NCBI GenBank assembly: GCA_036676985.1
Contig: JAKFBU010000056.1
Span: forward strand, 96,001-160,000
From: Candidatus Sericytochromatia bacterium
Lineage (GTDB): Bacteria; Cyanobacteriota; Sericytochromatia; S15B-MN24; UBA4093
DNA: 64,000 nt
Direction: 5' to 3'
The number at the start of each line of letters is the position of its first letter. The first letter of the stretch is position 1. A program made the translations under genes and the position numbers. A model generated the notes under the pieces. The model was not told where the DNA came from, did not search any database, and worked only from the letters and a program-made list of their open reading frames with translations. Below, piece after piece: positions 1 through 7,542 of the stretch.

Positions 1-303
1 GCGCATCAAGAAGCGCTTGCGATCGCGGACGCTGTACCCCTCCACGTCATGGTTGCCGAAGGCCACGTAGAAGGGGTGGCGCAGCCCGCTCAGGATCGAG
101 CGCATGGCGTCGATCTCCGCCGGGATCCGCTCCGGGAAGTGGAAGAGATCCCCCGTGAAGAGCACGAAGTCGAGGTCCTGCGCGTTGAGGTCCGCGACCG
201 TGTGCTCCAGCACGAACGGCCCCGTCGGGTACCGCGGCTGGGAGAGGGTCGTGAAGTGGAGGTCCGTCAGGTGCGCGAAGCGCGCGGTGTCATGGGTCGG
301 CAT
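1..303 (-). CDS. Calcineurin-like metallophosphoesterase, N-terminal part (runs off window start)
   Basis: Manual translation from ATG at 303: MPTHDTARFAHLTDLHF...VLFTGDLFH...AFGNHD, carrying the DxH, GD and GNHD motifs. Not in the ORF track. Confidence 0.85.
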   Translation of the reverse strand, partial: MPTHDTARFAHLTDLHFTTLSQPRYPTGPFVLEHTVADLNAQDLDFVLFTGDLFHFPERIPAEIDAMRSILSGLRHPFYVAFGNHDVEGYSVRDRKRFLMR

Positions 304-353
304 ATCGTGGCTATACCCCTCGGCCCCCCTCCCCGGTACTAGTCAATGGAGGG

Positions 354-1259
354 TTAATAGGTTTCGACGTGCCACCGCTTGCCCTTCTTGAGGGTCTCGT
401 GCAGCTGGGCCCAGTCCGCGTCGTGGCTGGCCGCGGTGGCGGCGAACGCCTCCTCGACTCCTACTTCCATTCCCTTGAGGCCGCACATGTAGACGTAGGT
501 CTTGGGATCCGTCATGAGCGGCCAGAGGGCATCGCCGTACTCGCGGATCCGATCCTGGACGTACATGCGCCGACCGTCCGCGGTCTTCTGCTCGCGGCTG
601 ATCGCGTAGTAGTGGCGGAAGTTGGCCCAGGAGTCCGCGTAGGCCTCGATCTCGTTCTGATAGAGGATCTCCTCGGAGTACGGCATGCCGAAGAACAGGC
701 GCGCCTGCCCGAGGAAGGGCGTGTCGGGGCGGAAGATCTCGCGCAAAAAGGCCCGGAAGGGGGCGATGCCGGTGCCCGTCGCGATCATGACCAGGTTGGC
801 CTCGGGATCCTCCGGCAGGAGGAAGGTCCGGCCCACCGGGCCCGTCATCTGGACCTCGTCACCGGGCTTGAGGTCGCACAGGTAGTTGGAGGCGACCCCG
901 CGCACCTCCTGGCCCGTCTCGGAGTCGGTGTAGACGACGCGCTTCACGCACAGCGTGACGGTCTTGAAGTCGTCGCGATCGCCCCGGCGCGTCGAGGCGA
1001 CCGAGTACAGGCGCAGCTTCTCGGGCTTGCCCGCCTTGTCCACGCCGGGGGGCAGGATGCCCACGCTCTGGCCCTCGAGGTAACGCATCTCCCCCTGGGA
1101 GAGGTCGAAGACCAGGTGCCGCACGTCCGAGGGGTGACCCTCCGGCGTCAGGCGGACGTTCTGGAGCAGGGCGCTCGTCAAAGGGGCGTTCGGCCGGTAA
1201 AGGTTGATGGGCAACTCGCGAACCGGGGCAGCGGCAGTCGTCTCCGCGGGGCTATCCAT
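354..1259 (-). CDS. petH: Ferredoxin--NADP+ reductase, cyanobacterial/plastid type
   Basis: RLYSVAS, GVASNYLCDL, ATGTGIAPFR and YMCGLKGM motifs; C-terminus WHVETY; start set at MDSPAET after RBS AGGAAGG. Confidence 0.92.
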   Translation of the reverse strand: MDSPAETTAAAPVRELPINLYRPNAPLTSALLQNVRLTPEGHPSDVRHLVFDLSQGEMRYLEGQSVGILPPGVDKAGKPEKLRLYSVASTRRGDRDDFKTVTLCVKRVVYTDSETGQEVRGVASNYLCDLKPGDEVQMTGPVGRTFLLPEDPEANLVMIATGTGIAPFRAFLREIFRPDTPFLGQARLFFGMPYSEEILYQNEIEAYADSWANFRHYYAISREQKTADGRRMYVQDRIREYGDALWPLMTDPKTYVYMCGLKGMEVGVEEAFAATAASHDADWAQLHETLKKGKRWHVETY

Positions 1260-1394
1260 GGCCACCTTCCTTTCCCTTGGCAGGCGCCTTCGCATGACCT
1301 CGCGGCGTGTGCGGGCGCTCCCTTGGCAAGCATGCGCCCTCAGTTTACCACCGATCGAAGGCTGTGGTCGCCAGGCGATCGACGGATGGCTGGA

Positions 1395-2195
1395 CTAGCC
1401 GCCCGTGACGTTCATCAGGAGGAAATAGCGGTTCGAGAAGAGCTGCACGTAGGCGTAGGCCGTGCCCAGGTTGGGAATCCGGCCGTTGCGGCGCCAGGCC
1501 GGATACCACACGTCCATGACCGTCCCGAACATGTCGTCGGGGTTCCAGCGGGACTTGAACTCCCGGGCGGCGAGCGTCAGGTTCAGGTATGGATCGCGCT
1601 TGAGGCGCTCCACCCGCTCCTCGAGCGTGCCGCCCAGGCGCTTGTGATCCTGCGCCTGGACCGACGTGAGACCGACGGCGACGAGCCCGCGCGCCCGGGT
1701 GTCCTGCCGGGTGTCGAAGTTGCTCTCGGTCCACACGTAGGCGCCGAGGATGAGGGGATCGATCCCCTGCTCGATGGCCACCCGCTCGATCAGGGGCCCG
1801 TACTTGGCCCAGCCGAGCTCGGCCTCCTTGAGGCTCAGGCCCCACTTGTCCTTGGCCGGCATGAGGAGGTTGTAGGGTGTCAACTCATCGTCGCGCTTGT
1901 GCGGCAGGGCCGCGAGCGACTGGTAGAGGGTCTCGACGTCGCGCGCGGCCACGCCCATCTTGCGGGCCAGTTGGGGCCAGCGATCGTCGTTGAGGCGATC
2001 GCTCAGCTGCAGCACCTGCTCCAGCGTGAGGCCATGGCGCTTGGCGAGGCCGTCGAACCGCGACGTGAAGTCCGCCGCCAGGGAGTCGACTCGCTCCACC
2101 AAAGACGGGACCGCACCGGAGGCCGATGGAATCGGCCCCCGGGCGGTCCAGCCCAGGATGCAGCAGATGGCGATGACCGCGCCGGCACGTCGCAT
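1395..2195 (-). CDS. Secreted lytic transglycosylase (SLT-like) domain protein
   Basis: Signal-like N-terminus MRRAGAVIAICCILGW; 'IERVAIEQGIDPLILGAYVWTESNFD' catalytic ES motif; 'AVGLTSV' and 'DPYLNL'. Confidence 0.7.
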   Translation of the reverse strand: MRRAGAVIAICCILGWTARGPIPSASGAVPSLVERVDSLAADFTSRFDGLAKRHGLTLEQVLQLSDRLNDDRWPQLARKMGVAARDVETLYQSLAALPHKRDDELTPYNLLMPAKDKWGLSLKEAELGWAKYGPLIERVAIEQGIDPLILGAYVWTESNFDTRQDTRARGLVAVGLTSVQAQDHKRLGGTLEERVERLKRDPYLNLTLAAREFKSRWNPDDMFGTVMDVWYPAWRRNGRIPNLGTAYAYVQLFSNRYFLLMNVTGG

Positions 2196-2263
2196 GCTCC
2201 CCCCGAAATCAGGTGCGTCGAGGGTTACATACCCGGGCGGGCGGCGCGGCCCAACCCTCGCTT

Positions 2264-2431
2264 TTAATCTTCCTCGTGGTGCTCGCGGATGTCGCGCAGG
2301 CGCGAGCGGACGGCATCGAGGTTGATGCGCAGGACGTTCTGCTCGGCGCCCGTCATCTTGGGCTTGGCGGTCAGGAGGAACTCCTGCAGGGCGTTGAGCT
2401 GCTCTTCGGCTTGCTGGATCTTGTTCTTCAT
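2264..2431 (-). CDS. Small coiled-coil hypothetical protein (55 aa)
   Basis: MKNKIQQAEEQLNALQEFLLTAKPKMTGAEQNVLRINLDAVRSRLRDIREHHEED; AGAAGGA upstream; GC3-rich codons. Confidence 0.6.
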   Translation of the reverse strand: MKNKIQQAEEQLNALQEFLLTAKPKMTGAEQNVLRINLDAVRSRLRDIREHHEED

Positions 2432-2624
2432 GGCAGTGGTCCTTCTGTGACAGGGGCATGCGACGAGCCTTACAGGCCGATGGCCCGAACCAACATCACT
2501 TTATCATGGCCGGCCGACCAATCCTTCCGACGGCCAACCATGTTTGTGCAAGCTGGTCGAGGCCAACGAAACGAACGAACGTCGATACTAGGGACGTTTC
2601 TCCCGACCCTCAAGGAGCAACGCC

Positions 2625-3110
2625 ATGCGCAAGCGATACCTGTTGATGGCCGGCGCCGTCGTCACGATAGGGATCTTGGCGAGTCAGGTCCCGCGGCTAT
2701 TCGCCCAAACGCCGGCGGCACAGCCCCCTACGGCCCAGACGGCCGCCAAGCCGCCCGTCATGCCACAGCCCGGCCAGCCCGGCTTCCTGACGCCCCAGGA
2801 GGTGCACCAACTGATGCAAGCGGGTGTCACCGTCCGGATCGGCGATGTCCGCAAGGTAAACGCGTACGAGCGGCGCCACATCCAGGGCGCTCTGTCCCTG
2901 CCCCGCAAGGACATCACGACCTGGGGACCCAAGCTCTCCAAGGAGGAGATGCTCATCCTCTACTGTTCGTGACCGGACGATGCCTCCAGCGCCCGTGCGG
3001 CGCTGCAACTGTCCCAGGAGTTCGGATACAAAAACGTCCACGCCCTCAAAGGAGGGCTGGACGCTTGGATAGCCGCCGGTTATCCGTTTGAGTTGGGGGA
3101 GACGCGCTAG
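2625..3110 (+). CDS. Exported rhodanese-like protein with in-frame UGA (candidate selenoprotein, CxU)
   Basis: The track stops at TGA 2970-2972, but the frame continues ..LYCS*PDDASSARAALQLSQEFGYKNVHALKGGLDAWIAAGYP.. to TAG 3108-3110, completing the rhodanese fold. Confidence 0.85.
2987..3005 (+). promoter_or_regulatory. Candidate bacterial SECIS hairpin
   Basis: CAGCGCC-cgtgc-GGCGCTG, a perfect 7-bp stem with GU in the loop; the loop starts 22 nt after the UGA. Confidence 0.65.
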
Positions 3111-4171
3111 CGCGCCTCCCAGTCCTTGGCCGCCGTCTGCTCGAGCGCCGCGATGGCGGCCTTGTCCTGCAGGATGATGCCGACCTCGCGGTTGTTGTCC
3201 AGCGAGTTGGCCGTGAAGTTCTCCGAACCCACGTAGGCCTTGGCGCCGTCGGCGATGGCGATCTTGGCGTGCATCTTGATGCTCTTGCCGAAACGGATCT
3301 GGTCCACGCCCACGCTCTTGAGGAGCTTGGTCGTCTCGCCGACCGTGTCGCGACCCGTGACGGGATCGGCGTCGAAGTACGCGCACTGGACCTTCACGTC
3401 GACGCCGGCCTTGGCGCGTGCGCCGATGTGCTGGGCGATCTCGGGGTCGCTCAGAAACTCCACCTGGATCATGAGGCTCTTCTTGGCCCCGTCGATGAGC
3501 TTGAGGATCTTCTCGCGCGAGTTGTCGGGGCTCACGACCAGGTCGGGATCCTTGGGCTTGTAGGTCAGTTCCTCCCAGTCGGCGTGGAAGATCCGCTGCA
3601 GCTCGGCGACGTCGGTGGGGTCGCGATCGACCACCACGTACTCGCGGTTGCTGGTCAGGCCCGAGTTCGTGAAGTTCATGGTCATGATGTAGCCGACCTC
3701 GCCGTCGACGACCATGCTCTTGACGTGGGTGAAGCGGAACTTGGGGCTCGAGCGCTTGACCTTGATGCCGCCCGCGAGGAGGGCCGCGATCGTGGCCTTG
3801 TTCGGGTTCTCGGGCAAGGGCTCGCCCATCTTGGGCGGGATGTAGGGGTTGGCCTCGAGGATCACCCGGACGTCGACGCCGGCCTTCTGGCGGGCGATGA
3901 GGGCCTGCACCAGCTCGCCGCTCGCGTCGTAGTTGGTGAACATGTAGGTCTCCAACTCGATCGACTTCTTGGCGTTGCGGATGACGTCCACCATGGTCTT
4001 GGCTCCCGCGTCGGGGAAGACCAGCACCTGGGTCTGGCCGCTCGTGCGCTTGAGGGCGGAGGCCTGCGAGTCGACGCCTGCGCCCGGCGTGCCGAAGGGC
4101 AGCGTACCGCAACCGGTCAAGCCGAAAGCGAGCGCGAGGGCTAGGCTGAGGCTCTTGAACTGACGCTTCAC
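3107..4171 (-). CDS. Phospholipase D / cardiolipin synthase-like lipoprotein
   Basis: Two HKD motifs (HVKSMVVD, HAKIAIAD...GSEN); lipobox LTGC; GTG start after AAAGGA. Confidence 0.88.
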   Translation of the reverse strand: MKRQFKSLSLALALAFGLTGCGTLPFGTPGAGVDSQASALKRTSGQTQVLVFPDAGAKTMVDVIRNAKKSIELETYMFTNYDASGELVQALIARQKAGVDVRVILEANPYIPPKMGEPLPENPNKATIAALLAGGIKVKRSSPKFRFTHVKSMVVDGEVGYIMTMNFTNSGLTSNREYVVVDRDPTDVAELQRIFHADWEELTYKPKDPDLVVSPDNSREKILKLIDGAKKSLMIQVEFLSDPEIAQHIGARAKAGVDVKVQCAYFDADPVTGRDTVGETTKLLKSVGVDQIRFGKSIKMHAKIAIADGAKAYVGSENFTANSLDNNREVGIILQDKAAIAALEQTAAKDWEAR

Positions 4172-4203
4172 GGGCGGTCCTTTCACTGGATCTTGTGGGA
4201 GCC

Positions 4204-4218
4204 TTAAACCCTAGTTAA
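4204..4218. promoter_or_regulatory. TTAA-N7-TTAA direct-repeat box
   Basis: TTAAaccctagTTAA between the divergent PLD and esterase genes. Confidence 0.6.
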
Positions 4219-4386
4219 CGGGTTAAGGACGTTATCGGGGGTCGGGGGCGCCGACTTGCGTGCCCACGACAATTTCCTCCACATGGCGCATGGGGACTGA
4301 CAAACGAGGCTTCATCTGCTTGAATAGAAGGATGGCCGAGGTCTTCGGCCACGTACAGACGCTGCTTTGAGTGAGGATAGGCTTTC

Positions 4387-5121
4387 ATGCGTAAAGAGGT
4401 CCACCGCTGGTATAGCCATCGCATCGGCAAGGAGATGCCGATCGCGGTCTACGGTCACTTTGGCTTCCCCCTCTTGATGTTCCCGACGGCGGCGGCGGAC
4501 TTCGAGGAGTACGAGCGCTTCCACCTGCTGACGGTGATGAAGCCCTACATCGAGGCCGGCAAGGTCAAGGTCTACTCGATCGACAGCGTCAATGCGCACA
4601 CCTGGATGAACACCCGCATCCACCCGGCGGAGCGCGCCCGCAAGCACGAATTCTACGACGCCTACGTCACCAAGGAAGTCGTTCCCTTCATCTGGAACCA
4701 CCAGGGCGGCCGCCAGGGCATCGTCACGACGGGCGCCAGCATGGGTGCTTTCCACGCGATGAACTTCCTGCTGCGCCACCCCGACATGTTCAACGGCACC
4801 ATCGCCATGTCGGGCGCCTACGACCTGGATCCCTGGACCAACGGCTACGTGGACCAGAACGTGTTCTTCAACTCGCCGTTCCACTACCTGCCGGGTCTCA
4901 CCGATCCCTGGTACCTGGAGCAGCTGCGCTCGCACGGCAAGCGCATCCACATCCTGTCGGGCCAGGGCGACTACGAGGCTCCCGGCCAGTCGCGCAAGAT
5001 GTCGCGTCTGCTCTGGGAGAAGGGCATCTGGCACAACCTCGACCTGTGGGGCCACGACATGCGCCACGATTGGCCGACCTGGCGCCGCATGATGCCGCTC
5101 TACCTCGAGCACGCGTTCTAA
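4387..5121 (+). CDS. Putative esterase (alpha/beta hydrolase)
   Basis: GASMGA nucleophile elbow; YGHFGFPLLMFPT; HDWPTW. Confidence 0.85.
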   Translation: MRKEVHRWYSHRIGKEMPIAVYGHFGFPLLMFPTAAADFEEYERFHLLTVMKPYIEAGKVKVYSIDSVNAHTWMNTRIHPAERARKHEFYDAYVTKEVVPFIWNHQGGRQGIVTTGASMGAFHAMNFLLRHPDMFNGTIAMSGAYDLDPWTNGYVDQNVFFNSPFHYLPGLTDPWYLEQLRSHGKRIHILSGQGDYEAPGQSRKMSRLLWEKGIWHNLDLWGHDMRHDWPTWRRMMPLYLEHAF

Positions 5122-5141
5122 GCCGGTCACTCCGTCAGAAC

Positions 5142-5180
5142 CAGCGCGGCCTCCCGACATGGGAGGCCGCGCTGTTCGTT
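5142..5180 (+). terminator. Intrinsic terminator
   Basis: 14-bp stem CAGCGCGGCCTCCC/GGGAGGCCGCGCTG followed by TTCGTT. Confidence 0.7.
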
Positions 5181-5338
5181 GTCTGGTCGTCAGCGTCACT
5201 CTGCTCCCGGGTCGTTATGTCAAGGCGCCGATCGAGGCTCGTTAAATGCTCGTTAGAAGCGAGCAGGCAGCGGGTATCTAACTGGATATAAGGGTTGGTA
5301 GCCAGGCTAACCGCCGGCCGGCGGGAGAGGAGCGTCAC

Positions 5339-6400
5339 ATGGGGTCGGATCTCCGCTATAACCTCATCAACTCGTTCCGCAGCATCGACACGTGGCGCGC
5401 CAACATCATCTTCAACATGCTGGGCTCCATCACGCCGGGCTTCAAGAAGCGCGAGATCGTGATGGGCATCAAGCCGGGCGACGCCAGCCTGCGCACGGGC
5501 GAGGCCCAGAGCGCGACCCACGGCTCGACCCCCGCGGCCATCGGCTCCAACTCGGAGCTCATCATCCGCGGCTACAAGATCGTGCCCGCCCAGGTCAAGC
5601 CGACCCGCGAGCAGGGCTCGACGGCCTCTCCCACGCACCTGAGCATCGTCGGCGACGGCTTCTTCGCGGTCGCCGAGAGCGACTCTCCGGGCGCGCGCAT
5701 CTTCTTCACCCGCAACGGCAGCTTTCACTGGAAGCAGACGGGGTCGGTCAACGTCGGCGGCACCCAGGTCCCGCGCTACCAGCTGGTCAACGACCAGGGG
5801 CTGATCGTGCTGCGCAAGCAGGACATCGACTTCGACGTCGCCTCCGGGGCCACCAAGCTGCGCACCTCGAGCAACCCGGCCACCGACCCCATCGGCATGG
5901 TGCTCTCCCAGGCCTCGCCCCCTGGCGAGCGGGACGGCTACTTCAAGGACGCCACCAAGACCCTGCCCGGCATCATCAAGGGTGTGCTCGGCAACCACAA
6001 GCAGGGCGACATCTCGGGCGTGGACGACGCCGAGATCTTCAACGGCGCCAACCCCAACGCCTACATCCGGCGCGACGACAACCACGACAGCGACCTGGCC
6101 ATCGTCAAGCTGCCGGCCGCTTCACGCTTGGCCACCTCGAGCTACGGCGGCGAGATCTACGAGGCGCCCATCACGGCCCGCCAGGGCATCGTCGTGGACT
6201 CGCTGCGCGGCTGGTTCTCCAAGGAAGGGGTGAACGCCCCCCACATCCTGCCCATGAGCCTGGAGTCGCTGGACGCCCGCGGCATGCTGGACCAGCTGAA
6301 CATCGAGAGCGAGACGGCGAATTTCGTCTACCGGAACCTCTCGACCTTCATGCAGGACTACAACAAGGGTATCGACGACCTGCTGGGCATCATCCGGTAA
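5339..6400 (+). CDS. Divergent flagellar hook/rod (FlgE/FlgG-like) axial protein
   Basis: N-terminal 'NMLGSITPGFKK' (cf. NIAN..TPGFK); 'QGSTASPTHLSIVGDGFFAV'; 'FTRNGSF'; C-terminal D0-like helix. Confidence 0.75.
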   Translation: MGSDLRYNLINSFRSIDTWRANIIFNMLGSITPGFKKREIVMGIKPGDASLRTGEAQSATHGSTPAAIGSNSELIIRGYKIVPAQVKPTREQGSTASPTHLSIVGDGFFAVAESDSPGARIFFTRNGSFHWKQTGSVNVGGTQVPRYQLVNDQGLIVLRKQDIDFDVASGATKLRTSSNPATDPIGMVLSQASPPGERDGYFKDATKTLPGIIKGVLGNHKQGDISGVDDAEIFNGANPNAYIRRDDNHDSDLAIVKLPAASRLATSSYGGEIYEAPITARQGIVVDSLRGWFSKEGVNAPHILPMSLESLDARGMLDQLNIESETANFVYRNLSTFMQDYNKGIDDLLGIIR

Positions 6401-6418
6401 GGCTCGTTCCACGCGACG

Positions 6419-6451
6419 AAACAGCCCCCGCCGTGGCGGGGGCTGTTTTTT
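6419..6451 (+). terminator. Intrinsic terminator
   Basis: AAACAGCCCCCGCC-gt-GGCGGGGGCTGTTTTTT. Confidence 0.8.
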
Positions 6452-6520
6452 GGCTTTACTTGGAGCGGAAACTCGTTCTACCCCCCCATCCCCCCCCTGC
6501 TAGGGGGGGCGGTGCTGGCC

Positions 6521-7537
6521 TAGAGCAAGAAACGGTTGTTGATGGCGGCGAGGGATGAGATGCTGTGGCGATGCCGAAAGTATACTCAGAAGACCTTCGC
6601 CGCCGTGTCTTAGCGGCCTACGAAACAACCAACGCGACGTATGAAGAAGTCGCAGCGCGCTTTGGCGTGAGCGTGGGGTTTGTCCGAAAGCTCCGCGAAC
6701 TGTACCAGGAAACGGGTGACATCACCCGCCGTCCTCACGGGGGCGGGATGCCCCGGAAGCTCAGCCCAGACGACGAGAAGGCCATTCGACGTTGGTGCGA
6801 AGTCCAGCCTGATTTGACCCTCAAGGAATACCAAGAGCGCCTCCGCGCCGAGCGGGGCGTCGAAGTCAGCACCATGACCCTTAGTCGTGTCTTGAGGGAA
6901 ATGGGACTCACTCGAAAAAAAAGTCCCTCTACGCGACCGAGCAGCGGACGCAGAAGGTCAGGCTAGAGCGGGCGCGCTTCGTCAAACTGATCCGCCGGTT
7001 CTGCGCCAGCCGCTTCGTCTTCCTGGATGAGTTCGGCTGTAACACGGCGATGACCCGCCGCTACGCCAGAGGCCAAAGCGGGAAGCGGATTCGTAGTTAT
7101 GCCCCGATCAACTACGGCCCCAACGTCAGTGTCCTGGCCGCCATGCGGCAGGGCGGAATCGAAGCTTCGATGCGAGTCGAAGGCGCTACTTCAGGCGCAG
7201 TCTTCCTCGCCTTCCTCAAACACTTCCTCGTCCCCAAGCTGAAGCAAGGCGACATCGTGGTCATGGATAACCTGGCCGCCCACAAGGTCGACGGTGTCCA
7301 CCAGCTCATTACGAGCGCTGGGGCGCGTGTCCTCTACCTTCCCCCTTATTCGCCTGACTACAACCCAATCGAACTCGCCTTCTCCAAGATCAAAGGCTTC
7401 CTACGCTCAAAGGCAGCGTGGACGAAAGAAAGCCTGGATCAGGCACTGACCCAGGCTTTTGCTTGTATTACGAGCAGTGACACTGCCGGTTGGATAGGGC
7501 ACTGCGGATATGCCCTACTCAATCGTTAGACGCTCTA
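6521..7537 (+). mobile_element. IS630-family insertion sequence (~1.0 kb, including flanking TA)
   Basis: Imperfect terminal IRs TAGAGCAAGAAACGGTTG / TAGAGCGTCTAACGATTG with TA at both ends; lower GC; HTH and DDE ORFs. Confidence 0.9.
6571..7529 (+). CDS. IS630 transposase expressed through a -1 frameshift (HTH ORF 6571-6966 plus DDE ORF ending 7529)
   Basis: YSEDLRRRVL HTH; slippery A8G at 6915-6923 (LTRKK); the second frame has VFLDEFG, VVMDNLAAH and LPPYSPDYNPIE. Confidence 0.88.
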
Positions 7538-7542
7538 ACCTC

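Noticed and set aside
369-2267. 632-aa plus-strand ORF
   Set aside because: Lies antisense to the FNR and SLT genes; composition is typical of a shadow frame.
2970-2972. TGA as a true stop or nonsense mutation
   Set aside because: It falls at an active-site-loop position with an intact downstream domain and a SECIS-like hairpin. Not fully excluded until sel genes are found.
6913-6966. Transposase split as a pseudogene
   Set aside because: The A8G slippery site at the usual IS630 position indicates programmed frameshifting.
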